From: Candidatus Poribacteria bacterium
GTDB lineage: Bacteria; Poribacteria; WGA-4E; WGA-3G
DNA length: 64,000 nt
NCBI GenBank assembly: GCA_965198235.1
Contig: OZ240248.1
Location: forward strand, 2,144,001-2,208,000
Direction of reading: 5' to 3'
A program made the translations under genes and the position numbers. The notes under the pieces were generated by a model. The model saw only the letters and a list, made by a program, of their open reading frames with translations, had not been told where the DNA came from and did not search any database. Of the stretch, positions 9,232 through 19,500 are shown piece by piece; the first letter of the stretch is position 1; each line of letters begins with the position of its first letter.

Positions 9232-11019
9232 TTAAAAATCTAAGTCGGCTTCTTGAACAATTTTGTCGACGAAAGTATCAAGTGCCATTGCACCGATGTC
9301 GCCTTCATCTCGACTGCGGACGCTGACCGTGCGGCTTTCCTGTTCACGTCCACCGATGATTAACATGTACGGCACACGTTGCAAGCGGGCTTGACGGATC
9401 TTCGCTCCAATCTTATCATCGCTATTGTCTAATGTGACACGACATCCTTTTTGCAACAGCAGTTGTTCGACCTCTCTGCCGTAATCAACGAAGCGTTGAC
9501 TGATCGTCATCACAACGCACTGGACAGGGGAAAGCCATGTCGGAAATGCCCCGGCGTAATGCTCAATCAGCATCGCGATAAAGCGTTCAAAACTCCCGCA
9601 AATTGCACGATGAATAACCACAGGACGCTTTTCAGATCCATCTGGTGCGACATAGATGAGTTCAAATCGTTCAGGCAGCTGGAAATCGAGTTGCACGGTG
9701 GCACACTGAACATCTCGGTTGAGTGAATCCCGAACTTGAAAATCGAGTTTAGGACCGTAGAACGCGGCTTCCCCAGGATCGACGCTGTACTCGACCTGGT
9801 TGTTTTTCAATACATCCTCAAGTATGATTTCGGCGCGGTTCCAGACTTCCACATCCCCCATGAACTTCTCAGGGTTGCGTGTACTCAAATCGCATCGGAA
9901 CGGCAAATCAAACGTGCCATAGATGCGTTGGAAGAGTCCAAGGATACGCTCATATTCGTCGGCGATCTGGTCCTCCGTGACAAAGTTATGCGCGTCATCT
10001 TGGCACATCTGGCGCACACGCGACAAGCCGCTCAACGTTCCAGTTGCTTCGTTGCGATGCAACACCCCTTGGTCATGTAGGCGGTACGGGAGATCCCGGT
10101 AACTGTGGCGTACGCTTTTATAGATTAACATATGCGCTGGACAGTTCATCGGCTTGAGCGCGCTGATTGACCCACCATCCTCACTTTCAACGAGGAACAT
10201 ATCATCTTTAAAATGTTCCCAATGACCGGAGGTCTTCCAGAGACTGCTATCGTAGATGAGCGGTGTCCGCACTTCTTGATAGCCTTCACTGAGATAGAGT
10301 TTCCGCACCTTTTCCGAGAGGAGGTTATAGATGAGTGTGCCTTTGGGAAGCCAAAACGCACTGCCGGGGGATTCGGGATGCATCTGAAAAAGTTCCAATT
10401 CGCGTCCGAGTTTACGATGGTCGCGTTTGGCGGCTTCTTCGCGTTGTGTCAAAAATGCCTGAAGGTCGGCTTTGGTCTCCCATGCGGTGCCATAGATTCG
10501 TTGCAACTGCTCACGGTTGCTATCACCGCGCCAATAGGCTCCTGAAACACGGAGCAGTTTGAAATGTCGGCATTCGCCTGTTCTTTCAACATGTGGACCC
10601 TTGCAGAGGTCCGTGAAATCACCGTTATGGTAGATAGAAACGCCTTCGTCAGCAACACCCTCATCGCTCGCGCTGACTTCCCGATCGGAGATTCCATCGA
10701 TTAATTCGAGTTTGAATTTCTGGTCGCGTTCGCCGAACCATGTGCGAGCATCGTCATAGGACCAGGTCTCTTGCTGGAAAGGCACATTGGTTTTGATCAT
10801 CACCTTCATGTGCTTTTCGATTTCGGGGAAATCGTCCGGTGTAATGGGGCGTGGCACCTCCATATCGTAGTAGAACTCGTTCTCAATCGGCGGTCCGATC
10901 GCGAGTTTAACGGTACGTTCGCCATCTGGGAATAGTTGTTGTACGGCATACGCCATGATGTGCGCGGTCGAATGGCGTAGGCGTTGTAAGTAATCTTCAG
11001 ATTGATTGGGTTCACGCAT
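9232..11019 (-). CDS. thrS: Threonine--tRNA ligase (lacks N-terminal TGS domain)
   Basis: RHSTAH, DLCKGPH, RDHRKLG, KPMNCP, FYGPKLD, IHRAICGS.ERF. Confidence 0.97.
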   Translation of the reverse strand: MREPNQSEDYLQRLRHSTAHIMAYAVQQLFPDGERTVKLAIGPPIENEFYYDMEVPRPITPDDFPEIEKHMKVMIKTNVPFQQETWSYDDARTWFGERDQKFKLELIDGISDREVSASDEGVADEGVSIYHNGDFTDLCKGPHVERTGECRHFKLLRVSGAYWRGDSNREQLQRIYGTAWETKADLQAFLTQREEAAKRDHRKLGRELELFQMHPESPGSAFWLPKGTLIYNLLSEKVRKLYLSEGYQEVRTPLIYDSSLWKTSGHWEHFKDDMFLVESEDGGSISALKPMNCPAHMLIYKSVRHSYRDLPYRLHDQGVLHRNEATGTLSGLSRVRQMCQDDAHNFVTEDQIADEYERILGLFQRIYGTFDLPFRCDLSTRNPEKFMGDVEVWNRAEIILEDVLKNNQVEYSVDPGEAAFYGPKLDFQVRDSLNRDVQCATVQLDFQLPERFELIYVAPDGSEKRPVVIHRAICGSFERFIAMLIEHYAGAFPTWLSPVQCVVMTISQRFVDYGREVEQLLLQKGCRVTLDNSDDKIGAKIRQARLQRVPYMLIIGGREQESRTVSVRSRDEGDIGAMALDTFVDKIVQEADLDF

Positions 11020-11207
11020 TGTGGTTCACTCTCATTTATCCATTCGTGTAGGTTTCAAAATTGTTCTTAATAGACTTAACGTCTTTTTTCGTACGCTGTT
11101 TACGAAATAATTTTACACGATTTAGAGCGGAAATGCCAATAAAAAATGTGTGGGGAGTGTTTGGTTTTTGGAGGGTATCGTCCAATAATGGGTTTCACCT
11201 TAGAAAA

Positions 11208-11272
11208 ACCCCTAAATCTCCTTATCAGGGAGACTTGCGACATATCCACCTGACAGGGGGACCTAAGGGGTT
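11208..11272. repeat. Inverted pair of CCCCTGATAAGGGG-type small dispersed repeats
   Basis: cccctaaatctccttatcagggg and cctgacagggggacctaagggggtt; a related copy lies inside the CDS at 21638. Confidence 0.55.
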
Positions 11273-11345
11273 AGAGACCGATAAACTGTGAATCTCTATA
11301 GCGTGGTTTCCCAATCATTGAGTTGGAGTAAAAATTTTGGAAGGA

Positions 11346-11419
11346 TGGGCGGTACAGGACTTGAACCTGTGACCTCTTGCATGTCAAGCAAACGCTCTAG
11401 CCACCTGAGCTAACCGCCC
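11346..11419 (-). tRNA. tRNA-Val(GAC)
   Basis: Reverse complement GGGCGGTTAGCTCAG...TTGACAT loop...GGTTCAAGTCC...CCGCCCA; CCA not encoded. Confidence 0.95.
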
Positions 11420-11435
11420 ATCTAAAGAAAAAGAA

Positions 11436-11510
11436 TGGAGGTGGCGGTCGGAATCGAACCGACGAATAAGAGTTTTGCAGACTCTGGCCTTACCACTTGG
11501 CTACGCCACC
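11436..11510 (-). tRNA. tRNA-Cys(GCA)
   Basis: GGTGGCGTAGCCAAGTGGTAAGGC..CTGCAAA..GGTTCGATTCC..CCACCTCCA. Confidence 0.96.
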
Positions 11511-11518
11511 ATAGAAGA

Positions 11519-11593
11519 TGGAGCGGGAGACGAGATTTGAACTCGCGACCTCCACCTTGGCAAGGTGGAGCTCTACCACTGAGCTACTCCCGC
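11519..11593 (-). tRNA. tRNA-Gly(GCC)
   Basis: GCGGGAGTAGCTCAGTGGTAGAGC..TTGCCAA..GTTCAAATC..CCCGCTCCA. Confidence 0.96.
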
Positions 11594-11644
11594 ATAATTT
11601 TGACAATTCGCGCAGAAGAGATTGCGCTTTTCAAAAGCATATAT

Positions 11645-11673
11645 AGTTTAATATATTTGCCTTTGAATGTCAA
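11645..11673 (-). promoter_or_regulatory. Sigma70-type promoter of the tRNA Gly-Cys-Val operon
   Basis: TTGACA-17bp-TAAACT. Confidence 0.7.
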
Positions 11674-11771
11674 GTTAATTTTCGATTAAAATAGCAAAAA
11701 TTTGAATTTTTGTCAAAAAATTTTGTAGGGCTATTCAGTTCTTCTGTTGAGTTTCGCACTGTTCAACCTGT

Positions 11772-12185
11772 TTAGAGTTGCTCTTCGATCCAATCATCAC
11801 CGTGTGCGGGATTGTAGATCAACCCCCTTTTCATGTCAACACAGAGATCAAGTTCTTCCAAGACCATGTGCCCAATGAGTATCGGTGAACCTTCAGGCAG
11901 ATTGGTTACTCGGATGGTGCTGCTTCGTTCCAAGAGGATATATTCAACCTCGGAATAGAGGGTGCGCTCCACGATGCCAGTGGCAGTTCGCGCAGTCCTT
12001 TTGCTGACAGGTGTGAGACCGAGGTGCTCAATGAGCGATGTCGGCAAACAAAGACGAGTTGCGCCGGTATCAACAAGCGCGGCCTCAACGGTGAGTCGCC
12101 GCACATCTTCCGGTTTCCTCACACCTAATCTTACGGCATGCAAGTCTTCCAGATTTGCGAGTTTGATTTCAGTTGTATGCCGCAC
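11772..12185 (-). CDS. Clan AA (retropepsin-like) aspartyl protease
   Basis: ALVDTGAT catalytic motif and downstream LIGH; GTG start. Confidence 0.85.
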   Translation of the reverse strand: MRHTTEIKLANLEDLHAVRLGVRKPEDVRRLTVEAALVDTGATRLCLPTSLIEHLGLTPVSKRTARTATGIVERTLYSEVEYILLERSSTIRVTNLPEGSPILIGHMVLEELDLCVDMKRGLIYNPAHGDDWIEEQL

Positions 12186-12212
12186 TGTTTTTGTTCTCCT
12201 TCCTATAAACCG

Positions 12213-13418
12213 CTATGTACGATAGTCGGCGTTGATTCGGATATAGTCGTAAGAATAATCGCAGGTCCACATCGTTATCTCTGTGTCACCCGCACGGAGG
12301 TCAATTATGATACGCACCGGATCTTGTGCAAACAGAGCGGTGGCTTTGTCTTCATCATAACCAGCGTCCATTCCGTTTTTGACGAGTCGATAATCGGCGA
12401 GCCAGACATCCACCTGATATGGGTCAAATTCCGCACCCGATTTACCGATCGCCATCATAATCCGTCCCCAATTGGCATCGTTGGCGAAAACAGCGGTTTT
12501 AACGAGCGGTGATTCCGCAACGGCACGCGCCGCTTTTTCAGCATCGTCCCGATTTTTGGCGTGCTTGACTATCACCTCAACGAGTTTTGTCGCACCTTCA
12601 CCGTCGCGGGCGAGCATCTTCACCAATTCGGTGCAGACGAACTGGAGCCCTTCACAGAACGCTTCGTAATCTTCCCCGTCTGCTGTAATAATCTCGGCGT
12701 TGTCGGCATGTCCGGTAGCGAGAATCAGCACCGTGTCATTTGTACTGCGGTCGGTGTCAACGGTTAAGAGATTATAGGTGTCATCTGCGACACGGTTTAG
12801 GGCGGCTTGGAGCGTTTCGGCGTTGATTCGTGCATCTGTTGTCAGATAGGAGAGCATCGTCGCCATATTGGGTGCTATCATCCCAGAGCCTTTCGCAATC
12901 CCACCAATTCTTACGGGTGTATTGCCAATTTCGATCTCTACGGCGACAGATTTCGGGTGTGTATCCGTTGTCATAATCGCTTCAGCGGCATCAGCACCAC
13001 CTTCGCTGCTAAGCGCACTTGCGGTGGCTTGAATCCCATTTTCGATTTTGTCCATCGGCAATTGCTGTCCGATAACACCCGTAGAGGAGACGAGAACGAG
13101 GTTTGCCTTTATACCGAGCTGTTCGGCTGTTGCGGCAGCCATCCGTCGTGCATTTGCCATACCGACTTCGCCTGTGCAAGCGTTGGCGTTCCCGCTATTA
13201 ACAATAACGGCTTGCGCCTGTCCGTCGCTGAGGTGATCGCGGCATACCAAGACAGGCGCGGCAGTAACGCTGTTTTTTGTGAAGACGCCAGCAGCAGTCG
13301 CTGGGGCATCGGTAACAATGAGTGTTACATCCTTCGCGTTCGCCGCTTTAATGCCCGCATGAACACCTGCTGCGCGGATACCCGGGACCGCGGTAATTCC
13401 GCCATCTATCTGTTTCAT
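12213..13418 (-). CDS. argJ: Bifunctional ornithine acetyltransferase/N-acetylglutamate synthase
   Basis: NSGNANACTG, IMTTDT, KGSGMIAPNMATML, DGEGATK, INADYRT. Confidence 0.97.
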   Translation of the reverse strand: MKQIDGGITAVPGIRAAGVHAGIKAANAKDVTLIVTDAPATAAGVFTKNSVTAAPVLVCRDHLSDGQAQAVIVNSGNANACTGEVGMANARRMAAATAEQLGIKANLVLVSSTGVIGQQLPMDKIENGIQATASALSSEGGADAAEAIMTTDTHPKSVAVEIEIGNTPVRIGGIAKGSGMIAPNMATMLSYLTTDARINAETLQAALNRVADDTYNLLTVDTDRSTNDTVLILATGHADNAEIITADGEDYEAFCEGLQFVCTELVKMLARDGEGATKLVEVIVKHAKNRDDAEKAARAVAESPLVKTAVFANDANWGRIMMAIGKSGAEFDPYQVDVWLADYRLVKNGMDAGYDEDKATALFAQDPVRIIIDLRAGDTEITMWTCDYSYDYIRINADYRT

Positions 13419-13451
13419 GAAGCACTCCTTGAGGAATGATGTAGGGGAAAC

Positions 13452-13480
13452 ATTATACTATATGTTGGAGAGATTGTCAA
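13452..13480 (-). promoter_or_regulatory. Consensus sigma70 promoter upstream of argJ
   Basis: TTGACA-17bp-TATAAT perfect match. Confidence 0.8.
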
Positions 13481-13674
13481 GGCGGAAATAGGGCAGAAAA
13501 GGAAAGGCGAGGTTTTGAAACCTCGCCTGTGAATAAAAGTGAGAGTGCGTCGGAATTCGGAGATCCCTCCTATAGGAGAGTTGAACGGCGCGGCGTTATC
13601 GAAAATTCGTTTCACAAATAAAATGGAAATATGATATAATTATTCGCAAACACCGAAAAAAGCGAGGGGAAAAG

Positions 13675-15027
13675 ATGCACACCATTTTGGAGCGCTACCA
13701 AAAAACTTTTGCGAAAGATCGAGAAATGTCAAACGCTGCGAATCATCTGTTTCCAGATGGCGTAACCCACGACGGACGTTATATGTCTCCCTTTCCTGTT
13801 TATATCACTCGTGCCGATGGGTCAAAGAAATGGGGGCTTGAAGATAAGCAATTTATCGATTATTGGGCGGGACACGGTGCGCTACTTCTCGGACATAATC
13901 CGCCAGAGGTAGTAGAAGCGGTGACAGCACAGATGCATCGAGGAACGCACTACGGCGCGTGCCACCCGTTAGAGATGGAATGGGGTTCACTCGTGACGCA
14001 GTTAATTCCGTCAGCAGAACGCGTCAGATTCGTCAGTTCCGGGACAGAGGCGACGCTGATGGCGATCCGTCTGGCACGCACCTATACAGGTAAAAATAAG
14101 GTGCTGAAATTTGCCGGGCATTTTCACGGTTGGCATGACAGCGTCATCTTAGGCGCATACCCGCCTTTTGATATGAGTGTTCCCGGTATTCCACAAGAGG
14201 TGCGGAATACAACGCTGTTATGTCCACCGAACGATATTGATGCCGTTGAAACGTTGTTAAAAACGGACAAAGACATCGCCTGTATCATCCTCGAACCAAC
14301 AGGGGCATCCTTCGGTATTGTCCCTACAGACGGCACTTTTTTGAAGCAACTCCGTGAGTTGACAGAGGCGCACGATGTCCTACTAATTTTCGACGAGGTT
14401 ATCACGGGGTTTCGGGTTGCACCCGGCGGCGCGCAAGCGCATTACAATGTCACACCCGATATGACGACGCTCGCAAAAATTTTGGCGGGCGGACTTCCCG
14501 GTGGTGCGCTTGTTGGCAAGACGGAGGTTCTTGAACTGATTTCCATGAAATCGGAACGCGATGGCTTGAAAATGCCGCATCCCGGCACCTTTAATGCAAA
14601 TCCACTCTCTGCCTCCGCGGGCATTGCAATGCTGAACTTAGTCAAGACAGGCGAACCGCATAAACGGGCGAATCACACCGCAGCGCGCCTTCGCACCGAG
14701 TTGAATAGCGTCATTGATGACTATGAACTGGACTGGGTGGTTTACGGCGAATTTTCGGGAATGAAACTGCTCGTCGGACACGGTGAAAAGGGGATGCGGA
14801 CTTCAGATTTCGATCCGTATACGTGGGATTACCGGAAGCTGAAAGGGAGTAGCGACGCGGACATGCTGATGCGTCTCCGGTGCGGTCTACTGCTCAACGG
14901 GATTGATCTCGCCAGTAATGGTGGAATGACGACCGCGGCGCACACGGAGAAAGACGTTACAGAGACAGTCTCAGCGTTTGCGCAGACGCTTGAGTGGCTG
15001 AAGGTGGAAAGTGAAAAAAGTCGTTGA
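13675..15027 (+). CDS. Class III PLP aminotransferase (glutamate-1-semialdehyde aminomutase-like)
   Basis: SSGTEAT, FDEVITGFR, LAKILAGGLP, HPGTFNANP. Confidence 0.88.
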   Translation: MHTILERYQKTFAKDREMSNAANHLFPDGVTHDGRYMSPFPVYITRADGSKKWGLEDKQFIDYWAGHGALLLGHNPPEVVEAVTAQMHRGTHYGACHPLEMEWGSLVTQLIPSAERVRFVSSGTEATLMAIRLARTYTGKNKVLKFAGHFHGWHDSVILGAYPPFDMSVPGIPQEVRNTTLLCPPNDIDAVETLLKTDKDIACIILEPTGASFGIVPTDGTFLKQLRELTEAHDVLLIFDEVITGFRVAPGGAQAHYNVTPDMTTLAKILAGGLPGGALVGKTEVLELISMKSERDGLKMPHPGTFNANPLSASAGIAMLNLVKTGEPHKRANHTAARLRTELNSVIDDYELDWVVYGEFSGMKLLVGHGEKGMRTSDFDPYTWDYRKLKGSSDADMLMRLRCGLLLNGIDLASNGGMTTAAHTEKDVTETVSAFAQTLEWLKVESEKSR

Positions 15028-15172
15028 CAAACCGCCAAAAAAAAGTATCATATTGTTTGGTAGTTTTGAGACCCCTCTTATCCACGTCATATCTTGACAC
15101 GGGTTCACCTTTCGTGACAAGGATGATGTAGCAATTCACGAAGGAATACGAAAAATGAAGGAAAATACAGAA

Positions 15173-15430
15173 ATGACGATTCAAGAGTTATATGAGTTGC
15201 TGTCTAGGCGTTTGGATGAGATGGACGCGCGGCACGCACAGCGGTTAAATGAGATGGACGCGCGGCACACGCAGCGGTTGGATCACATTGATGAACGGCT
15301 CTGGGGCGTTGAGACAGGCATCGCTGAATTGCGAGGACGTAAAGCGGGATTCTCCGTTCTGAAAGATTGGATTGTAGCGATCTGTGCAGTTGCTGCACTA
15401 ATTGCCTCAATTATCGCCTTAACCCATTAA
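15173..15430 (+). CDS. Small coiled-coil protein with C-terminal transmembrane anchor
   Basis: RBS AAGGA before ATG 15173; tandem 33-bp repeat (RL.EMDARH.Q); hydrophobic C-terminus. Confidence 0.65.
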   Translation: MTIQELYELLSRRLDEMDARHAQRLNEMDARHTQRLDHIDERLWGVETGIAELRGRKAGFSVLKDWIVAICAVAALIASIIALTH

Positions 15431-15542
15431 ATTTTTTCCCTACTAATCCTAAAGCTTGGACAGTTGGTGGCATGTTCACCCCCAAAATTATCCAAACTTT
15501 AGTCTTTACAAAACACACCGCTAAAACGGAGAAGGAGAGTAG

Positions 15543-16526
15543 ATGAAAACAATTACGTATCGCGACGCGCTCAAGGAAGCGTTGGTAGAGGAGATGGAAC
15601 GCGATGATGCTGTCTTTCTGATGGGTGAGGATATCGCTGAATACGGCGGTGCCTACAAAGTGACGGACGGGCTGTTCCAAGAATTCGGGAAAGACCGAAT
15701 CCGAAACACGCCGATCTCAGAAGCCGCTATCATCGGGACTGCCCTCGGCGCGGCAGTTACAGGGATGCGTCCGGTCGCAGAGTTAATGTACATCGACTTC
15801 ACAGCGGTAGGCATGGACCAGATCGTAAACCAAGTTGCCAAGATCCGTTATATGGTGGGTGGGCAGCTGGATGTGCCGCTCGTAATTCGGACGCAGGGAG
15901 GTGCGGGGCGATCCTCCGCGGCGCAGCATGCACAGAGTCTTGAAGCGTGGTTTGTGCATATTCCAGGGCTACTCGTCGTGATGCCCTCTACACCCTACGA
16001 TGCAAAAGGATTACTGAAAACCGCTATCCGAGACGACAACCCCATCATGTTTATTGAGCACAAACTCCTCTACACAGAGGAGGGAGAGATTCCTGACGAA
16101 GAATATACGATTCCGTTGGGTGTAGCGGATGTCAAACGTGAGGGTGAAGACATTACGATTCTTGCAACGTCACGGATGGTCTTGCAAACGCTCATCGCTG
16201 CAGACACACTTGCTGATGAAGGTATCTCTGCTGAAGTCATCGATCCGAGAACATTAATGCCGCTTGACAAAGACAGCATCCTCGACTCCGTCAAGAAAAC
16301 AAATCGCTTGCTCATTGCACACGAGGCAGTCGGTAGGGCGGGGTTCGGTGCAGAGATTGCCGCGCTTGTCGTACGGGAGGCGTTTGACTATCTCGATGCA
16401 CCAATTGAACGGGTCGCGGCGATGCCGGTACCTGTCCCCTTCGCACCGGTAATGGAAAGTTTTGTTATCCCAGATGCAGAACAGATCGTTGAGGCAGCAC
16501 GGAAACTTGTGCGTTATGAAATTTAA
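15543..16526 (+). CDS. 2-oxoacid/acetoin dehydrogenase E1 beta subunit
   Basis: GEDIAEYGGAYKVTDGL, TPISE, QHAQSLEAW, DAKGLLK. Confidence 0.93.
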   Translation: MKTITYRDALKEALVEEMERDDAVFLMGEDIAEYGGAYKVTDGLFQEFGKDRIRNTPISEAAIIGTALGAAVTGMRPVAELMYIDFTAVGMDQIVNQVAKIRYMVGGQLDVPLVIRTQGGAGRSSAAQHAQSLEAWFVHIPGLLVVMPSTPYDAKGLLKTAIRDDNPIMFIEHKLLYTEEGEIPDEEYTIPLGVADVKREGEDITILATSRMVLQTLIAADTLADEGISAEVIDPRTLMPLDKDSILDSVKKTNRLLIAHEAVGRAGFGAEIAALVVREAFDYLDAPIERVAAMPVPVPFAPVMESFVIPDAEQIVEAARKLVRYEI

Positions 16527-16558
16527 ATAATGACGGATCGCACCCAGTAGGACTTCAT

Positions 16559-16815
16559 CGTAGGTTGGGTTGAACGGATACCATCAAAACCCTAAAAAGT
16601 CAAAGAAATTAACTGTTCGTCCATACCACTCCATTGCAGAGATAACGAGTGAAACCCAACGCTTTCCCTCTAAGGGTTTTGCTTTGTGGACTTCGCACTA
16701 CGAGTTGGATTTCACTCCATCTTGTATATAATCTTGTATATAAGAGTATATTGGATTTGACGCGTATTTAGAACACCAGCATCGGACTTATCAGTCCCGT
16801 TCAACCCAACCTACA
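16559..16815. repeat. REPIN/MITE-like element (same family as 5279-5579) between convergent genes
   Basis: cgtaggttgggttgaacgg ... ccgttcaacccaacctac; internal gagtgaaacccaac / gttggatttcactc. Confidence 0.8.
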
Positions 16816-16847
16816 GTAAACTAATACCTACGGAATTTGTGTGAGAT

Positions 16848-18080
16848 TTAGGTGTCCTCTGTCTTCTCCAACTTCTGGTACATCCGCGCCAGACCGAAAG
16901 CGATCGGTGCCCACAACACCGCCACCACCATAGCCGTAATGGCGTATGCAGCACCCGCAATCGTTCCTACACCCAACCTCACCAGTTCAATCACACCTGC
17001 ACTTCCACCCTTCGAGAAGCGGTATCCAAAAGCATCGATAACCTGCTTCGCTCGGTAGCGTGAATCGTAAGAGAGCGGCATATAGAACAATTCTTTCCCC
17101 GCCCGAAAAAGCGAGTAATCTAAGGCTTTAAAAGTCACATACGCCGCCGTTCCAGTCCGAAGTGACGGAGATACCATCAACACAAGACTGCTGACGAAGT
17201 GAACTATCGGAATACTGAGATGAATATAACGGAGCGCGATAAATCTAAGTGCGAGTGGCACAGCCACCAGTTGCAAAATACCCGCCGCCAATCCAAGGTT
17301 TCCATAGACCGAGCCGAAAAATGCAGTCCGCATATCCGTATCGGGTCTTTCCAGTTCCGCCAACATATTGAACCGAAGATCCAATACAGTGGACACTATC
17401 TGCGTGCTGATGATCAACACCGCGATAAAAATCAGGTATCTGGAACGAAAAAGCGTTTTTACGCCGATGTGTCCAAGCTTCCCGCCAGTTTCTTCTGCAC
17501 TGGGTTTGGGTTCACCGCCAAACTTGTAAGCAAGGATGCCGAGAATTGCTGTCGGTACGAGGGATGCCGCCGTGAACAGCAATAACGCTTCGGTACCTAA
17601 CACGGTTGCCCATCTGCTCACGAGCGTGCCACCAAGGAACGAACCGACAGATGCAACGGCGCAGAAAGGACCATTAATTCGTTTTGCCTGTTCGGTCGTT
17701 AGCACGCTGTTGACAAACGACCAGAACTGTTCGATGACTATCACGATATACGCTTCACGAAATACATAGATGATCGCCGAGGCGAAATTCATACCGCGGG
17801 AAAGCGCAGCGTAGCATCCGAGGATTAAAATGGCAGAAAAAAGCGAAGTTATTGCCAAAGCACGTGTCGCGCCCTGCCACGAAAGCAAGCGACCGTAGCA
17901 GTACAGCATCACGATCATACTCGGTGGGACCGCCACCATACCGCGCGTGAGATTCTCCGCACCATACGCCTCAATGAACAGGGAGGAGGACACAGAACGG
18001 ATAAATTCATAACCAAATAGCACAAAACAGGCAGCACTACTAATTGAAATTGCGGCGAAAATAAGTCGTCGTGGAAACAT
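16848..18080 (-). CDS. TLC/NTT-family (ATP/ADP translocase-like) nucleotide transporter homolog
   Basis: ~12 TM helices; FWSFVNS..T.EQAKR and DYSL...KELFYMPL...RYRAKQVID...RFSKG motifs. Confidence 0.75.
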   Translation of the reverse strand: MFPRRLIFAAISISSAACFVLFGYEFIRSVSSSLFIEAYGAENLTRGMVAVPPSMIVMLYCYGRLLSWQGATRALAITSLFSAILILGCYAALSRGMNFASAIIYVFREAYIVIVIEQFWSFVNSVLTTEQAKRINGPFCAVASVGSFLGGTLVSRWATVLGTEALLLFTAASLVPTAILGILAYKFGGEPKPSAEETGGKLGHIGVKTLFRSRYLIFIAVLIISTQIVSTVLDLRFNMLAELERPDTDMRTAFFGSVYGNLGLAAGILQLVAVPLALRFIALRYIHLSIPIVHFVSSLVLMVSPSLRTGTAAYVTFKALDYSLFRAGKELFYMPLSYDSRYRAKQVIDAFGYRFSKGGSAGVIELVRLGVGTIAGAAYAITAMVVAVLWAPIAFGLARMYQKLEKTEDT

Positions 18081-18167
18081 AGGTAGAGTTCAACCTTCTT
18101 GGACTGTTCCGACTGGGCGAGGTTTCTTAAGTAAAAACACCTCGCCAACAGGTGAGTGGAAGCGGTT

Positions 18168-18998
18168 TCAACGGTGTGTCGGGATTTTATCTTCGGTTGG
18201 ACGGGGATTGTGCACCCAATGCCCACTCGGATCGATGCCTCTGGCGACAATCGCGCGTTGGTTCCAGTCGTTAGAGGCGCGGACCTCAGACGGCACGAAC
18301 CGCATCGTCAACCCACAACGCCGTCGGTCTGAGGTGTTCGGTTCGGAACCGTGCAATAGCAGGTCCGAATGCAGCGACATCTGCCCGGCCTTCATCTCAA
18401 ATGGGAATGGTGCGTCTCCGTATCGTGTAGCATTATGCACTGTCTGACCCAGCACATTCTTTTCCTCAGCGGTGCTCGGTTCAAATACGATTTGTCCGTG
18501 TAGATGTGACTTTGGAATGACGGTCATTGCACCGTTTTCGACAGCGGCATCGTCAATTGCGAGCCATACGGTGACAGTCTTACTCGGCGAGAGGGGCCAA
18601 TAGGAAGCATCCTGATGCCAACTCACCTGCTTTATATCACCCGGCATCTTGCAGAAGTAGTGCGTTCCCCAACAGATGAGCGTTTCACCCAGTAGATCTT
18701 GCACGTAATCCAAAATTCTGTCTTCAGTAATCAGATCGTGGAGTCCTGTACAAGTGGTGTGCCATCCGTTGATGGAGTAACTATTCATCCCCGCTGCTAA
18801 TGCCTTTTCCATGAGCTGATCGAAATAGGTGCGATGTGCTGCGATCTCCGCTTCAGAAAAGACATCTAATGGTGAGATAAAACCTTTCTCATTGAAGTGC
18901 TCAATTTGGGCATGCGTTAGGGTTGATGAATTCTCGTTTTCAACGGGAAAAAATTGAAGGGTTCGATTGAGTTCCGGCATTGCATCCGTAATTGGCAT
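18168..18998 (-). CDS. Phytanoyl-CoA dioxygenase (PhyH) family Fe/2OG oxygenase
   Basis: WHQDASYW, VWLAIDDA, LLHGSEPN..R motifs. Confidence 0.9.
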   Translation of the reverse strand: MPITDAMPELNRTLQFFPVENENSSTLTHAQIEHFNEKGFISPLDVFSEAEIAAHRTYFDQLMEKALAAGMNSYSINGWHTTCTGLHDLITEDRILDYVQDLLGETLICWGTHYFCKMPGDIKQVSWHQDASYWPLSPSKTVTVWLAIDDAAVENGAMTVIPKSHLHGQIVFEPSTAEEKNVLGQTVHNATRYGDAPFPFEMKAGQMSLHSDLLLHGSEPNTSDRRRCGLTMRFVPSEVRASNDWNQRAIVARGIDPSGHWVHNPRPTEDKIPTHR

Positions 18999-19050
18999 TG
19001 GAGCGTCCTCTTTTCTCCACATAGATTAGAAGTTTGTATTGTGTGCTATG

Positions 19051-19284
19051 TCAAATTGAAGTCAAAGAAAGTAATACTTCGACCGTTTCGCTTCTGACAT
19101 ACGATCCGGGCGCGTTCGATACCAGCGGATCTGCTACTGAATCCGAACATCTGTTTTCAGCTGTCCCCAGCGGGTGGCAAGTTTGCCATTCGCCACTGAC
19201 ATTGTTCCAGCCATCGGGAAGTCCATTATCGAAATTTTCCTGCCATACCCCTGCCGAAGCCATAGAAGTTAATAGGGTGACCAT
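19051..19284 (-). pseudogene. Remnant of a secreted protein (signal peptide end and first residues only)
   Basis: ASAGVWQENFDNGLPDGWNNVSGEW resembles the N-terminus of secreted lectin-like proteins, then degenerates. Confidence 0.35.
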
Positions 19285-19379
19285 GAATATGAATAGCGCA
19301 TCGGTTCCTCCAGTCTATCAATCATAATCCTGACTCAGACAACTAAACGCAACCACCAATAATTATATTTATATTAACT

Positions 19380-19500
19380 GATAAGTCAAGTTAAACCTGT
19401 CAAGGCACCCAAACCTAAAGGATTGGGCTTGTGCTTCATAGCAGTCTGCCTTCCGAGGAAGGGCTTACGTCTGCTCCACAGAGGGATCCAAGGCAGCCCT
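19380..19500 (-). ncRNA. Putative omega-RNA (reRNA) scaffold plus flanking guide
   Basis: Overlaps the tnpB 3' end; GCAGACGTAAG...hairpin...GAAGCACAAGCCCAATCCTTTAGGTTTGGG..TTGAC; predicted guide AGGTTTAACTTGACTTATC; boundaries approximate. Confidence 0.65.

Noticed and set aside
11020-11340. T-box leader for thrS
   Set aside because: No T-box consensus seen; the region is occupied by repeats
11435-11689. 84-aa ORF (and the similar ORF at 32584-32826)
   Set aside because: Antisense to tRNA genes
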